Origin: an uncultured Clostridia bacterium
Lineage (GTDB): Bacteria > Bacillota > Clostridia > Christensenellales > UBA1242
DNA: 64,000 nt
Reading direction: 5' to 3'
Assembly: GCA_934747765.1 (NCBI GenBank)
Contig: CAKVGZ010000002.1
Coordinates: 3,389-67,388, forward strand
A model generated the notes under the pieces. The model did no database searches. It had not been told where the DNA came from and worked only from the letters and a program-made list of their open reading frames with translations. The position numbers and the translations under genes were made by a program. Shown here piece by piece: positions 1 through 9,919 of the stretch; the stretch's first letter is position 1, and each line of letters begins with the position of its first letter.

Positions 1-35
1 TTTTCTATAAATTCTTTGGCTTTAAAATATAGCAT
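1..35 (-). CDS. 5' end of an unidentified CDS that runs off the window start
   Basis: The reverse complement reads AGGAG, a short spacer, then ATG CTA TAT TTT AAA GCC (MLYFKAKEFIE...). It stays open to position 1. Only 11 codons are visible. Confidence 0.25.
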   Translation of the reverse strand, partial: MLYFKAKEFIE

Positions 36-113
36 TTCGCACTCCTATTTTTTTTGCAACAAGTTATTTCTTTTACATTGCTAATTGTTAATACAAAAGA
101 TGATAATGTCAAA

Positions 114-506
114 CTATTTCTCGATTTGTTGTTGATGAAATTTGCAAAAATTCTTTTTGTATTCTTGTTTGAATTTTTCATCATAATCAGGATTTTTCAT
201 CACGTAAGACAACAACACTTTTGAATAATCTTTTTGGTGATAACTGTCAAATAATTCATAATTTTTTAAGCACAGTGCTAGATTAGAAATCGAGTATTTT
301 CCAAAATTCATGCCCAAAACATTCTCAAAAATGTTTTCAATCCTTTCATCACTTTTTGTTTTATTAATTTTTTCACAAAAAAGGATTATCATCTTTTCGT
401 CATTCGGTTTGTTTTCAATTATTTTTATATTTTTAAAGCAATAAAAATTTAATGGTTTTATAATTTCATTGATTTCTTGGTCATTTAATTTTTCAATAAA
501 TTTCAT
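114..506 (-). CDS. hypothetical protein (130 aa)
   Basis: Intact ORF with SD GGGAGAT 5 nt upstream of the ATG. No motif recognised. Confidence 0.5.
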   Translation of the reverse strand: MKFIEKLNDQEINEIIKPLNFYCFKNIKIIENKPNDEKMIILFCEKINKTKSDERIENIFENVLGMNFGKYSISNLALCLKNYELFDSYHQKDYSKVLLSYVMKNPDYDEKFKQEYKKNFCKFHQQQIEK

Positions 507-570
507 CTATATCTCCCAAAAAAATTTTTTAAAAGTTTAGCATAAAAGTAGCACGAAGTCAAATTTAAAG

Positions 571-593
571 AAAAAAAGAGCGAATGCTCTTTT
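571..593 (-). terminator. intrinsic terminator after the 598-972 gene
   Basis: Stem AGAGC/GCTCT (extendable with A:T pairs) with loop GAAT, followed on the minus strand by a U-run. Confidence 0.6.
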
Positions 594-597
594 AATC

Positions 598-972
598 CTA
601 AAAAACTATTTCATAATTTGAATTTAATTTATATAAAATGCCTAAAATTTCATTATCTAAACTTATACAAGGTTTTTCTTTTAGTTCGTCGAAAACGATT
701 CTAAACACACATCTCCCATCATTTTCCTTTAAGATTTCAGGCAATAATTTAAGGTGTGGTTCAACTTTTTTCACAAATTGTTTAAATAGGTCGTCTGTGT
801 AGATGTCGTTTAAAATTTTTGTTCTATACACAAATTTTGCACTTTTTGTTTTGCCCACAGATTTTTCGTAAGGAGTTATGCTGTAAGGTTTTAAGTTTAG
901 AATATCTTCTAAATTTTTTACATCATAATCACAATCAAAATGAATGCTAACTGAAAAATGATATTTATTCAT
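598..972 (-). CDS. DUF4279-like small protein (immunity-protein-like fold family)
   Basis: Start moved to MNKYHF (ATG 972), which has SD GAAGGAGAAAAAAT. About 124 aa. The pattern 'F.v.I..d.D...l..iL.l.P.......G......K..w' and the C-terminal 'L..L......E..F' resemble DUF4279 as I remember it. Overlaps the upstream ORF by 8 nt. Confidence 0.45.
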   Translation of the reverse strand: MNKYHFSVSIHFDCDYDVKNLEDILNLKPYSITPYEKSVGKTKSAKFVYRTKILNDIYTDDLFKQFVKKVEPHLKLLPEILKENDGRCVFRIVFDELKEKPCISLDNEILGILYKLNSNYEIVF

Positions 973-1195
973 ATTTTTTCTCCTTCTCATAATTACCATA
1001 ACAATCAAAAAACTTTTTTTTAGTCATTTTTGTATCGGCGTATAAATTACCTTTTTTGTCTCTTATTGTTATAGTATCTCCATTATATATATCATAATGA
1101 GACACAGGATAACAGTCATAATCATCTTTAACTTCTTCAGCATTTATTCCGTTATCCTTCAAATAATTATCACTAAAAATCCTAGGCCCCGACAT
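965..1195 (-). CDS. hypothetical small protein (76 aa)
   Basis: Very strong SD (GAAAGGAGGGTGG) upstream of the ATG. Its stop overlaps the start of the next gene. No motif recognised. Confidence 0.55.
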   Translation of the reverse strand: MSGPRIFSDNYLKDNGINAEEVKDDYDCYPVSHYDIYNGDTITIRDKKGNLYADTKMTKKKFFDCYGNYEKEKKYE

Positions 1196-1265
1196 TTTTC
1201 CACCCTCCTTTCTAGAAAGAGTATAACTTGAATTTTCCCAAAATCAAAACTATTTTTAAAAATAT

Positions 1266-1290
1266 TTAAAAAAAAGAGCAAATGCTCTTT
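1266..1290 (-). terminator. intrinsic terminator after the 1289-1720 gene
   Basis: Stem AGAGC/GCTCT with loop AAAT, then a U-run on the minus strand. The stop codon lies in the stem. Confidence 0.6.
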
Positions 1291-1720
1291 ATTTTTCCAT
1301 TTGCTCGGCACGGCTTTGAATTATGCTTTTTTTTGAAACAGTTTTATCGTTTTCTTTTACAATTTCCATAATCTTTCTTTGGATTTCCGAAATTTTGTTT
1401 TCATATTTTGCTTGCAAACATTTTTTATTTGATATTTTTTGTTCAAGCATTTCAGCTTTGCTTGTTAATTTAACTGAAAGAACTGTTGGAACAACTGAAC
1501 CCAACATCAAACCAATTTTTGCTCCAAAAGGAACATTAGTTATAAAACAACTTATTGCAAGGGCCGAGCCTACTGTTGCAACGGCAATTGTTTCAGCCAT
1601 TTTTATCTTATGTTGTTTGTTTAGATTTGGGATTTCTTTTTCTAGTTTCGCATATTCATTTCGAAAATCTTGGTCAAGGTTTGCTAATTTTTTTATTAAA
1701 TCTTTGTTATTTTCTGTCAT
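1289..1720 (-). CDS. hypothetical membrane protein with flanking coiled-coil segments (143 aa)
   Basis: Central hydrophobic stretch (IAVATVGSALAISCFITNVPFGAKIGLMLGSVVPTVL) flanked by K/E-rich helices. The antisense ORFs 1323-1799 and 1555-1908 look like shadows of it. Confidence 0.55.
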   Translation of the reverse strand: MTENNKDLIKKLANLDQDFRNEYAKLEKEIPNLNKQHKIKMAETIAVATVGSALAISCFITNVPFGAKIGLMLGSVVPTVLSVKLTSKAEMLEQKISNKKCLQAKYENKISEIQRKIMEIVKENDKTVSKKSIIQSRAEQMEK

Positions 1721-1829
1721 ACTTTCACCTCAAAATTTTAGTCTGGAGAGAAGAATATCACCCCAGGACGGAAAAGTCAAGGGGTTATTCATTATATAAA
1801 AATCCCCCGCAACTTGTGCGAGGCATTTG

Positions 1830-2411
1830 TTATTTTGATTTTTTTGTGGTTTTCTTTGTTGTTTTAGGAAGCTCTTCTTTTTTTTCAGATGTTTCCAAGG
1901 CAGGTTGAACCTCAGCTTTTTCTTCAACTGTTGGTTGCTCTGTTTTGGATTCTTCAAGCTTTTCTTCAGGTTTTGCTTCTTCAACTGGTTGTTTTTTAGA
2001 TTTTCTTTTTGGCTTGTCGGTCGCAGATTTCTCTTCTTTCGAAGGTTCTTCAGTTTTTGTTTCTTCGTCGATAATGTTTCCATCAACATCGTAAACAACT
2101 GGTTTTTTCTCATCAATCCCATAAATTGCATTTATGTCGATGCTGAAAATTCCTTTGTTCTTTTCGCTTCCGGTTTCCAAAACGGCAACTTTGCCATCTG
2201 TTGTTTCAACAATTTCAAGAATTTTTCCATAAAGCCCGCTGTATGTTTTTACATTATCTCCAACTTTCAATCCATCCACCATGTTCTTCATGCTTTCCTG
2301 ATTTTTCTTGCTTCTGAAATAGTTAAGAATGAAAATTCCAATAACCAAAACCAACAAAACTGCTGGCAAAATCCATTGTGTTGCGTTTGCAACTTCTGCT
2401 AAAAATAACAT
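1830..2411 (-). CDS. yajC: preprotein translocase subunit YajC with a long K/E-rich C-terminal extension
   Basis: N-terminal TM segment followed by '...KKNQESMKNMVDGLKVGDNVKTYSGLYGKILEI...' (YajC core). Sits downstream of tgt, as in the ruvAB-queA-tgt-yajC synteny. Confidence 0.85.
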   Translation of the reverse strand: MLFLAEVANATQWILPAVLLVLVIGIFILNYFRSKKNQESMKNMVDGLKVGDNVKTYSGLYGKILEIVETTDGKVAVLETGSEKNKGIFSIDINAIYGIDEKKPVVYDVDGNIIDEETKTEEPSKEEKSATDKPKRKSKKQPVEEAKPEEKLEESKTEQPTVEEKAEVQPALETSEKKEELPKTTKKTTKKSK

Positions 2412-2631
2412 AACTTCTCCTACATAGCAAAGGCGAAAATCAGAACGACAACTAAAAGAACCACCAAAATTGGAACAACAATTTGAGTTACAGTAAGTCC
2501 AAGCAGTAACGACGTTAACATATTTTCTCCTTAAATTTGAGTTAATTATATCACAGCAAAAATTAACTTCAAAATATTTTTAACATGATTTGAGATATTT
2601 AACCTCTAAAATTTGTGTTTCGACAAAGTTT

Positions 2632-3759
<1,128 letters not shown>

Positions 3760-4416
3760 TTATTTTTGTTCGTCATTCTCAATCTGCCTTGACTGAGCAC
3801 TTTGAGCGCAAGCAACAGCAAGTGTGGCAATTGCTTTTTGCTTTTCTTTCCTTCTGTTCCTGAAAACAATGTCTTTTGGATGTTCTCCGCTTCCATCCAT
3901 ATAAATTCTTGTCATGTTGTCTTGCTCTAAAGCGTAATTAAACAAAGTGCTTGCACCACGTTGAAGTGGAGTTTTAATCCATGTTTGTTCTTCGTACTGT
4001 GGCTTTTGCGTTAATTTCGCCCATTCCATTTTAGGTGTCACAGGAACTTCATGAAATGAAAACTGGCAACCCAACAATTTAACAAACGTCACAGGCCTAC
4101 CAACTTGGTCTTTTCCACAACAAAACGTTATAAAATTTTCATTGTTTTCAATTGAAGCGTCGATAGCCGATGCGATCAAATCTTTAAATGAATAATGCCT
4201 ATTCTTGTTTACTCCTTCAGTTTGTTTGTTTTTTGCACTCAACAAAATTACACTCGCAAAAAAAAGCAAGTAATCTTCTGGAGTTGACAAAAACATCATC
4301 CTTGTCAAAACTTCTGCACTTTCAACGTCCGCATCAGAAATTTCTTCAATTTCATGATTGAAAAAATTATCGTTTTTTTCTAAAAATGCTTGAAATCTAT
4401 TAAAAAAATTTGCCAT
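3760..4416 (-). CDS. hypothetical protein (218 aa) embedded between queA and tgt
   Basis: Intact ORF, 40 nt after the queA stop and 15 nt before the tgt start. No TM segment and no motif recognised. Confidence 0.6.
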   Translation of the reverse strand: MANFFNRFQAFLEKNDNFFNHEIEEISDADVESAEVLTRMMFLSTPEDYLLFFASVILLSAKNKQTEGVNKNRHYSFKDLIASAIDASIENNENFITFCCGKDQVGRPVTFVKLLGCQFSFHEVPVTPKMEWAKLTQKPQYEEQTWIKTPLQRGASTLFNYALEQDNMTRIYMDGSGEHPKDIVFRNRRKEKQKAIATLAVACAQSAQSRQIENDEQK

Positions 4417-4456
4417 ATTTGAATTTTATCATATCCTTAATTTTAATTCAATAGTT

Positions 4457-5599
4457 TTATATAAACAAACAACAGTCGCCGAAGGAAAAAAATCTGTATT
4501 TGTTTTCAACTGCAATTTTATAAATTTCTTTAACATTTTTTAGACCAATGAATGCGGATATAAGCATCAGAAGTGTGCTTTCTGGCAGATGAAAGTTGGT
4601 TATAAGTGCGTCAACAATTTTGAAGTTGTATGGTGGATAGATAAAAATGTCTGTATCTTTTTCTCCGCTTTTAAGACCATAAAACTCTTTCCCGTTTTCA
4701 TTGTGTTTTTCTGCCATGCTTTCAAGCGTTCTCATTGAAGTGGTTCCAACAGCAATCACTCTTCTGCCTTCTCTTTTTGCATCAGTAACAATTTTTGCAA
4801 CTTCTTCAGAAACTTTTATATGTTCACTGTGCATTTTGTGGTCCAAAATGTTTTCTTCTTTAACTGGTCTGAAAGTGCCAAGTCCAATATGCAACAAAAC
4901 TTCGGCGATGATTACGCCTTTGTTTTTCAGTTTTTCCAAGATTTCTGGAGTGAAATGAAGCCCTGCTGTTGGCGCTGCGCTGGAGCCCAATGTTTTCGAA
5001 TAGACCGTTTGATATCTTTCTTTTTCAGTTAGTTTTTCATGAATATAGGGAGGAAGAGGCATTGTTCCAATTCTGTCCAAAATTTCTTCAAATGACACTG
5101 TCTTTCCGTTCTTTGTTTCGTCAAACAAAAACTCAATTTCACATTCGCCATAATCTCCAACTTTCAAAATCTTTCCAGAAAGTTCGTCGTTGAATTTCAG
5201 CTCAGTTCCTTCTTTCAAACGTTTTGTTGGTCTTGCAATAACTTCCCATTTTTTCAAATCTATGCGCTTTTGAAGCAATATTTCAATTTTTGCGCCCGTT
5301 TGCTCTTTAATTGCAAAAAGTCGTGCAGGAAGAACCCTTGAATTGTTCACAACAAGAACGTCGCCTGTCTTAAGATAATCCACAATGTCATAGAAATGTT
5401 TGTGTTCAATGTTTTTCTGAAAATCTGTGGCATCAAATTCTTTTTCATCAAAAATTCTTTTCCCCGAAAAAACAAGCATGCGAGAACTGTCCCTTTTTTC
5501 CAAGGGAGTTTGAGCAATTAATTCTTCAGGCAAATCGTAGTTATATGTTGATTTTAGAGTGTAATTTTCCATATCAAGCATTGTTGCAAATCCACGCAA
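4457..5599 (-). CDS. queA: S-adenosylmethionine:tRNA ribosyltransferase-isomerase
   Basis: 'YDLPEELIAQTPLEKRDSSRMLV' at the N-terminus and 'RFFSFGDCCLF' at the C-terminus. The start is uncertain: TTG at 5599, or ATG at 5581 or 5572. Confidence 0.93.
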   Translation of the reverse strand: MRGFATMLDMENYTLKSTYNYDLPEELIAQTPLEKRDSSRMLVFSGKRIFDEKEFDATDFQKNIEHKHFYDIVDYLKTGDVLVVNNSRVLPARLFAIKEQTGAKIEILLQKRIDLKKWEVIARPTKRLKEGTELKFNDELSGKILKVGDYGECEIEFLFDETKNGKTVSFEEILDRIGTMPLPPYIHEKLTEKERYQTVYSKTLGSSAAPTAGLHFTPEILEKLKNKGVIIAEVLLHIGLGTFRPVKEENILDHKMHSEHIKVSEEVAKIVTDAKREGRRVIAVGTTSMRTLESMAEKHNENGKEFYGLKSGEKDTDIFIYPPYNFKIVDALITNFHLPESTLLMLISAFIGLKNVKEIYKIAVENKYRFFSFGDCCLFI

Positions 5600-5612
5600 C
5601 CGCTCCTTTTAA

Positions 5613-6614
5613 TCATTCTGGCATAACTCTTCCAAGATGGTCGTAGGCAGGTTTTAAGACAATTCTCCCGCGAGGCGTTCTTGAAATGTAGCCGAGTTGA
5701 ATTAAATAAGGTTCATAAACATCTTCAATTGTTGATGCTTCTTCACCTGTTGCCGCCGCCAAAGTTTCAAGACCAACTGGTCCGCCTCCAAATTTGTCTA
5801 TCATAGTTTCCAAAATTCTTCTGTCAACCATGTCCAATCCAAGTTTGTCAACTTCCATAAGTCCCAGTGCTTTGTCGGCAAGTTCAAATGTTATTTTTCC
5901 TTCGCCAATAACTTGGGCAAAATCCCTAACACGTTTTAAAAGTCTGTTTGCAATTCTTGGAGTGCCTCTGCTTCTTCTTGCAATTTCAAGTGTTGCCTCG
6001 TCATCGATGTCTATTCCCAAAATTTTGGCTGAGCGCGACACAATGACCGAAAGGTCCTTGTCTGAATATAATTCCAATCTTGCAATAACCCCAAAACGGT
6101 CACGCAAAGGTCCTGCAATCATTCCTGCCTTTGTTGTTGCGCCAATCAAAGTGAAAGGCTTGATTTTAAGACGCATATTTCGCGCAGATGGGCCTTTCCC
6201 AACAATGAAGTCAAGAGCAAAATCTTCCATTGCAGGATACAAAATTTCTTCAACACTTTTATTCAATCTGTGTATTTCGTCGATGAACAAAACATCGTTG
6301 GTGCTGAGGTTTGTTAAAATTGCCGCAAGGTCTGCTGCATGTTCAATTGCAGGACCAGAAGTGATTTTTATTTGCGAACCAAGTTCGTTTGCAATAATGT
6401 GAGAAATTGTTGTTTTTCCAAGACCTGGTGGACCATACAAAAGAACATGGTCAAGAGCTTCTTTTCTTTCTTTTGCCGCTTTTATGTAAACTGACAAATT
6501 TGCTTTTAATTTTTCTTGACCAACATACTCATTCATCGATGTTGGTCTGAGTTTGTTTTCAATTTCAACATCGGTGATGTTTTTTGTGCTTGTTATAAAT
6601 CTGTTGTTTTCCAT
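5613..6614 (-). CDS. ruvB: Holliday junction branch migration ATPase RuvB
   Basis: Walker A 'GPPGLGKTT', 'LFIDEIHRL', '[11 protein letters not shown]'. Confidence 0.97.
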   Translation of the reverse strand: MENNRFITSTKNITDVEIENKLRPTSMNEYVGQEKLKANLSVYIKAAKERKEALDHVLLYGPPGLGKTTISHIIANELGSQIKITSGPAIEHAADLAAILTNLSTNDVLFIDEIHRLNKSVEEILYPAMEDFALDFIVGKGPSARNMRLKIKPFTLIGATTKAGMIAGPLRDRFGVIARLELYSDKDLSVIVSRSAKILGIDIDDEATLEIARRSRGTPRIANRLLKRVRDFAQVIGEGKITFELADKALGLMEVDKLGLDMVDRRILETMIDKFGGGPVGLETLAAATGEEASTIEDVYEPYLIQLGYISRTPRGRIVLKPAYDHLGRVMPE

Positions 6615-6622
6615 CTAATCCC

Positions 6623-7204
6623 CTAATTCAAATTTTGAAAAGCGCGCGTTATTATGTCTTCCGCTTTGTCACCTTCCATTGCGTTTTCTCTTGCAAGACG
6701 ATATGCATCGTTTTTGTTAACACCAAGAGCTATGAGCGCCTCTGTTGCTTCGTCAATTGCACTTTCATTTAACATTGGAACATTCTCTTCACTAAATCCA
6801 ACAATTGAAATTTTGTCTTTAAGTTCCAAAACTATTCTTTCAGCGGTCTTTTTTCCAAGTCCTTTTATTGAAGAAAGCAATTTTGTGTCTTCTGTTTTGA
6901 TTGCAACTGCAAGGTCCGAAAGCCTAATCCCTGAAAGAATGGAAAGAGCCACCTTTGGACCAATTCCAGAAACGCTTGTTAATTTCAAAAACATATCTTT
7001 TTCTTCCAAAGTCGAAAACCCGAACAAACTCAGTTCGTCTTCACGCACGTTCAAAAAAGTGTAAATTTTTGCAACCGCCCCAACTTGAGGAAGTGACGAA
7101 AGAGTTGTTTGAGAAACAAAAATTTCATAGCCAACAGAATTGTTTTCCACAACAACTGCATTTTCAGATTTCGATACTAATTCACCAACAATATAATTAA
7201 TCAT
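6623..7204 (-). CDS. ruvA: Holliday junction DNA-binding protein RuvA
   Basis: 193 aa with HhH motifs 'VSGIGPKVAL' and 'GLGKKTAERIVLEL'. Lies directly upstream of ruvB. Confidence 0.9.
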   Translation of the reverse strand: MINYIVGELVSKSENAVVVENNSVGYEIFVSQTTLSSLPQVGAVAKIYTFLNVREDELSLFGFSTLEEKDMFLKLTSVSGIGPKVALSILSGIRLSDLAVAIKTEDTKLLSSIKGLGKKTAERIVLELKDKISIVGFSEENVPMLNESAIDEATEALIALGVNKNDAYRLARENAMEGDKAEDIITRAFQNLN

Positions 7205-7256
7205 AAAAAAAGTTTAGCACAAATGATGCCAAACTGTAAACATTTTTCTTCAATTT

Positions 7257-7736
7257 TTAAATTAAACTTTGATTGAAGTTTGCATGAGTGATTGCAACAG
7301 CAAGCGCGTCCGCCGCATCGTCTGGTTTTGGAATTTTTTCAAGCCCCAAAATTGCCGTGACCATATATTGAACTTGCGCTTTTTCTGCCCTGCCATTTCC
7401 TGTTAATGCTTGCTTTATTTGAAGAGGTGTGTATTCAAAAATTTCTCCACAAGAATGAATCCCTGCAAGAAGAATTATTCCACGCGCCTCGGCAACAGGA
7501 ATGACTGTCGTTTGATTTTTGAAATAAAAAAGTTCTTCAATTGCCATTTGCTCGGGCTTGTATGTGTCAATCAGTTGCTTTATTGCATCATAAATCATTG
7601 CAAGCCTAACAGGGATGCTCTCTTCTTTTGGTGTTTCAATAACGCCATAATCTACCACTTTATATTCCCCGCCTTCATAGTCTATAACTCCAAAACCAAC
7701 TATGCCATAACCAGGGTCAATTCCAAGAATTCTCAT
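7257..7736 (-). CDS. ruvC: crossover junction endodeoxyribonuclease RuvC
   Basis: 'MRILGIDPGYG...GVIE' RuvC N-terminus. ATG 7736 was chosen over the upstream in-frame ATG at 7826, whose extension is hydrophobic junk. Confidence 0.88.
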   Translation of the reverse strand: MRILGIDPGYGIVGFGVIDYEGGEYKVVDYGVIETPKEESIPVRLAMIYDAIKQLIDTYKPEQMAIEELFYFKNQTTVIPVAEARGIILLAGIHSCGEIFEYTPLQIKQALTGNGRAEKAQVQYMVTAILGLEKIPKPDDAADALAVAITHANFNQSLI

Positions 7737-7850
7737 GAAAATATTATAATATAAGATAACAATAAAACCAAATGAAATATCATTTTCAACAAAATTCGCC
7801 CAAATGTACGAATATAAAAATATCAATATGAGAAATATTAGAATATAGTT

Positions 7851-8060
7851 ATGAAAATTCTACTACCTCAACGACTAACAAATTTAAGAATTGCAAGTGG
7901 TCTTTCAAAGCTTCAACTTGCAAATGCAATTTCTGTTTCAGACACAGCAATTGGCAAATGGGAAAATGGTTTGCGTCAACCAAGTTTGGCATGCCTATGG
8001 AAGTTGGCAGACTTTTTTGATGTAACAGTTGATTTTTTAATTGGAAGAGAAGAAGTTTAG
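7851..8060 (+). CDS. XRE-family helix-turn-helix transcriptional regulator (69 aa)
   Basis: 'LTNLRIASGLSKLQLANAISVSDTAIGKWENG' is a Cro/CI-type HTH. A -10 TAGAAT (7839-7844) lies exactly 6 nt before the ATG and there is no SD, so the mRNA looks leaderless. Confidence 0.85.
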   Translation: MKILLPQRLTNLRIASGLSKLQLANAISVSDTAIGKWENGLRQPSLACLWKLADFFDVTVDFLIGREEV

Positions 8061-8098
8061 TGCTATAATTCTTCTTAGAAGGATATAGCGATTTAAAA

Positions 8099-8605
8099 AT
8101 GAAAGAAATGCATAATAAAACTAACGAAAACATTCATTCAAAACACAGGCAAAGATTAAGACACATAATTTATAATTCAGATTTCGACAACTTGACAGAA
8201 ATTCAAATTTTGGAATATGTTTTAACATTATCCATTCCGCGAAAAGACACAAATCCAATTGCACATAGATTGCTCGACGAATTCAAAACAATTGCAAACG
8301 TTTTTGAAGCAGACTATTCGAGTTTGGTTAATATTGATGGAATTGGTTCAGAAACAGCAAAACATATCAAAGCGCTCAGCAAATTGTTTTATTACTATCG
8401 CACAAGTTCAACTGTCAAGAACGGCAAAGTGACCTTGAACACTCCAAACGATTTTATAAAACATTTCACACCATATCTTGAAAGCAAAACTGTTGAAGAA
8501 TTTTATATTGCTTGCTTAACAGCAAACAGCGAAGTGATAAAAACTGCTCTTATTGGAACAAGCACTTCGCGCTTCGGAATCACATTGTTCAAGCAAACTG
8601 TTTGA
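8099..8605 (+). CDS. RadC-like protein, C-terminally truncated (no JAB/MPN active site); possibly a pseudogene
   Basis: 'HRQRLRHII...LTEIQILEYVLTLSIPRKDTNPIAHRLLDEFKTIANVF...IDGIGSETAKHIKAL' matches the RadC N-terminal HhH region. The ORF stops just after 'LIGTSTS', before the expected HNHPSG motif. No continuation was found in other frames. Confidence 0.7.
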   Translation: MKEMHNKTNENIHSKHRQRLRHIIYNSDFDNLTEIQILEYVLTLSIPRKDTNPIAHRLLDEFKTIANVFEADYSSLVNIDGIGSETAKHIKALSKLFYYYRTSSTVKNGKVTLNTPNDFIKHFTPYLESKTVEEFYIACLTANSEVIKTALIGTSTSRFGITLFKQTV

Positions 8606-8632
8606 AATGGCAACTTTTAATAAATCCAAATT

Positions 8633-8668
8633 AACTTCCGACGATAATAAATAAGTCGGAAGTTTTTT
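8633..8668 (+). terminator. intrinsic terminator after the RadC-like gene
   Basis: 10-bp stem AACTTCCGAC/GTCGGAAGTT with a 12-nt loop, followed by TTTTTT. Confidence 0.8.
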
Positions 8669-8710
8669 CGTGCAATTTCAACAAACTTTCGTAGCAAAAA
8701 GACCTCACTA

Positions 8711-8739
8711 TTGACACACGTCCCAATTTAATGTACAAT
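8711..8739 (+). promoter_or_regulatory. consensus sigma-A type promoter of the metallophosphoesterase operon
   Basis: TTGACA (8711-8716), 17 nt spacer, TACAAT (8734-8739). Confidence 0.7.
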
Positions 8740-8766
8740 ATGATTGTTTAATAAAGGAGAGTGATT

Positions 8767-9909
8767 ATGACAAATAATTCAAATGAAGACTTCTCTGGGG
8801 GCGAGAAGATAAGCAACAAGAAGAACCTAGGAAGCGACGTTTTCAGACTTGAAAAAAGACTTTATGAAAAAGGCAACCCAATTGCAAAGGCGTATGATGA
8901 GATTGTGAAAAGCGAAGCACCAAAGCCAATCAACCACCTTTTCTACGACCTTTCAGACACAGACCATTTTGATTTGTTGGTTTTAACCGACAACCACTGG
9001 GGCTCGATATCTTCGCATTTTATGGCAACAGTGGCAGCCCAAATGATGGCAAAATATGTTCCTTCAATATACATAGGATATAACGGAGATAACAGAAACA
9101 ATGCGCTCAACACAGAGCAATGCGTTTCAAGTCCACTTGACAATGCGCTTTCTCCAGTTATTGAATTAAAACTTTGGTATGATGTTTTGGCAGATCCAGT
9201 TATCAGAGAAAAGGTTCTGTTCATCAATTCAGGAAATCATGACAATGGCGAACGAACAAAAGACATTGGAACAGATATTCTTGCAACAGCTTTTGCTGGC
9301 ACACCATATTTCGAGAGATATTCTCGTTTTGCAACGCTCTTAACAGTTCGTCTAAAAGCAGACAACAAGGTTGGCAAAGTTGGCTATGAAGATGTTAAGA
9401 TTTATATCGACCATGGCAATGGCCTTGTTGGAGGCGATGGAAACAAATTGGATGCAGGAATGAAACTTGCAAGACAATATGGTGCGCGAATTGCAATTTT
9501 CGGCCACGTCCACCAAGACATGTCGGCAGACTATCGCGTTGAAAATCTCGTTGACCCAAATGGAAGCAAAACAGTGAAGAACGACCTGACATGCATAGTT
9601 CTTCCAGCCACCTTAGGTCAAGAAACTTATGCTCTAGACAAGAGATATGAAACTGCTCCAAGCGACTTGAAATTGATTCGAATTGGAACAAAAGAAAATG
9701 ATTATCTTCTAGGTTCAACTCAAAGAGAGCGTCGCACTCTTCCAAAAACTTCAATCTATTGCGATTGCACTCCTATTCCAAATAAACTTTGGAAGTTTGC
9801 AATGAGTGAAGCAAACAGACTTCGTGAAAAGTTTGAAAACATTCAAAGCAACACAAATTTGGTCAACAAAAAACTTAAAGATATAATCGAAACATATTAT
9901 CAAAATTAG
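8767..9909 (+). CDS. calcineurin-like metallophosphoesterase (Mre11/SbcD-type motif set)
   Basis: All five motifs are readable: 'LVLTDNHWG' (DxH), 'YNGDNRN' (GD), 'NSGNHDNG' (GNHD), 'IYIDHGNG' (H) and 'IFGHVHQD' (GHxH). The ATG at 8767 lies 6 nt after AAAGGAGA; the ORF-track start at 8761 is a GTG abutting the SD. Confidence 0.75.
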   Translation: MTNNSNEDFSGGEKISNKKNLGSDVFRLEKRLYEKGNPIAKAYDEIVKSEAPKPINHLFYDLSDTDHFDLLVLTDNHWGSISSHFMATVAAQMMAKYVPSIYIGYNGDNRNNALNTEQCVSSPLDNALSPVIELKLWYDVLADPVIREKVLFINSGNHDNGERTKDIGTDILATAFAGTPYFERYSRFATLLTVRLKADNKVGKVGYEDVKIYIDHGNGLVGGDGNKLDAGMKLARQYGARIAIFGHVHQDMSADYRVENLVDPNGSKTVKNDLTCIVLPATLGQETYALDKRYETAPSDLKLIRIGTKENDYLLGSTQRERRTLPKTSIYCDCTPIPNKLWKFAMSEANRLREKFENIQSNTNLVNKKLKDIIETYYQN

Positions 9910-9919
9910 GAGATGACGT

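Noticed and set aside
1323-2402. Plus-strand ORFs 1323-1799, 1555-1908 and 1905-2402, and the minus-strand alternative frame 1730-2131.
   Set aside because: They are F/L/C-rich or K-rich low-complexity translations lying antisense or out of frame to the supported 143-aa gene and yajC. They have no SDs and are typical shadow ORFs of AT-rich DNA.
2453-2521. 22-codon hydrophobic micro-ORF (MLTSLLLGLTVTQIVVPILVVF) with SD GGAGAAAAT, downstream of a TTGAAG, 16 nt spacer, TATAAT promoter and upstream of yajC.
   Set aside because: It is too short to support from sequence alone. It could be a real membrane micropeptide or leader peptide, but I cannot distinguish that from chance.
5794-6402. 202-aa plus-strand ORF antisense to ruvB. 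Similar long antisense ORFs lie in tgt, ruvA, tuf, fusA, pnp, ftsW (37145-37576), the nfeD region (22485-22928) and the acidic repeat gene (50449-51129).
   Set aside because: Each lies entirely inside a confidently identified gene on the other strand, lacks an SD and has skewed S/L/F/N composition. All are treated as non-coding shadows.
8560-8700. Idea that the phage-like element integrated into radC, splitting it.
   Set aside because: I found no remaining RadC C-terminal (HNHPSG) coding fragment at the other end of the element (about 20.6-20.7 kb) or elsewhere in the window, and no direct repeats at the two borders.
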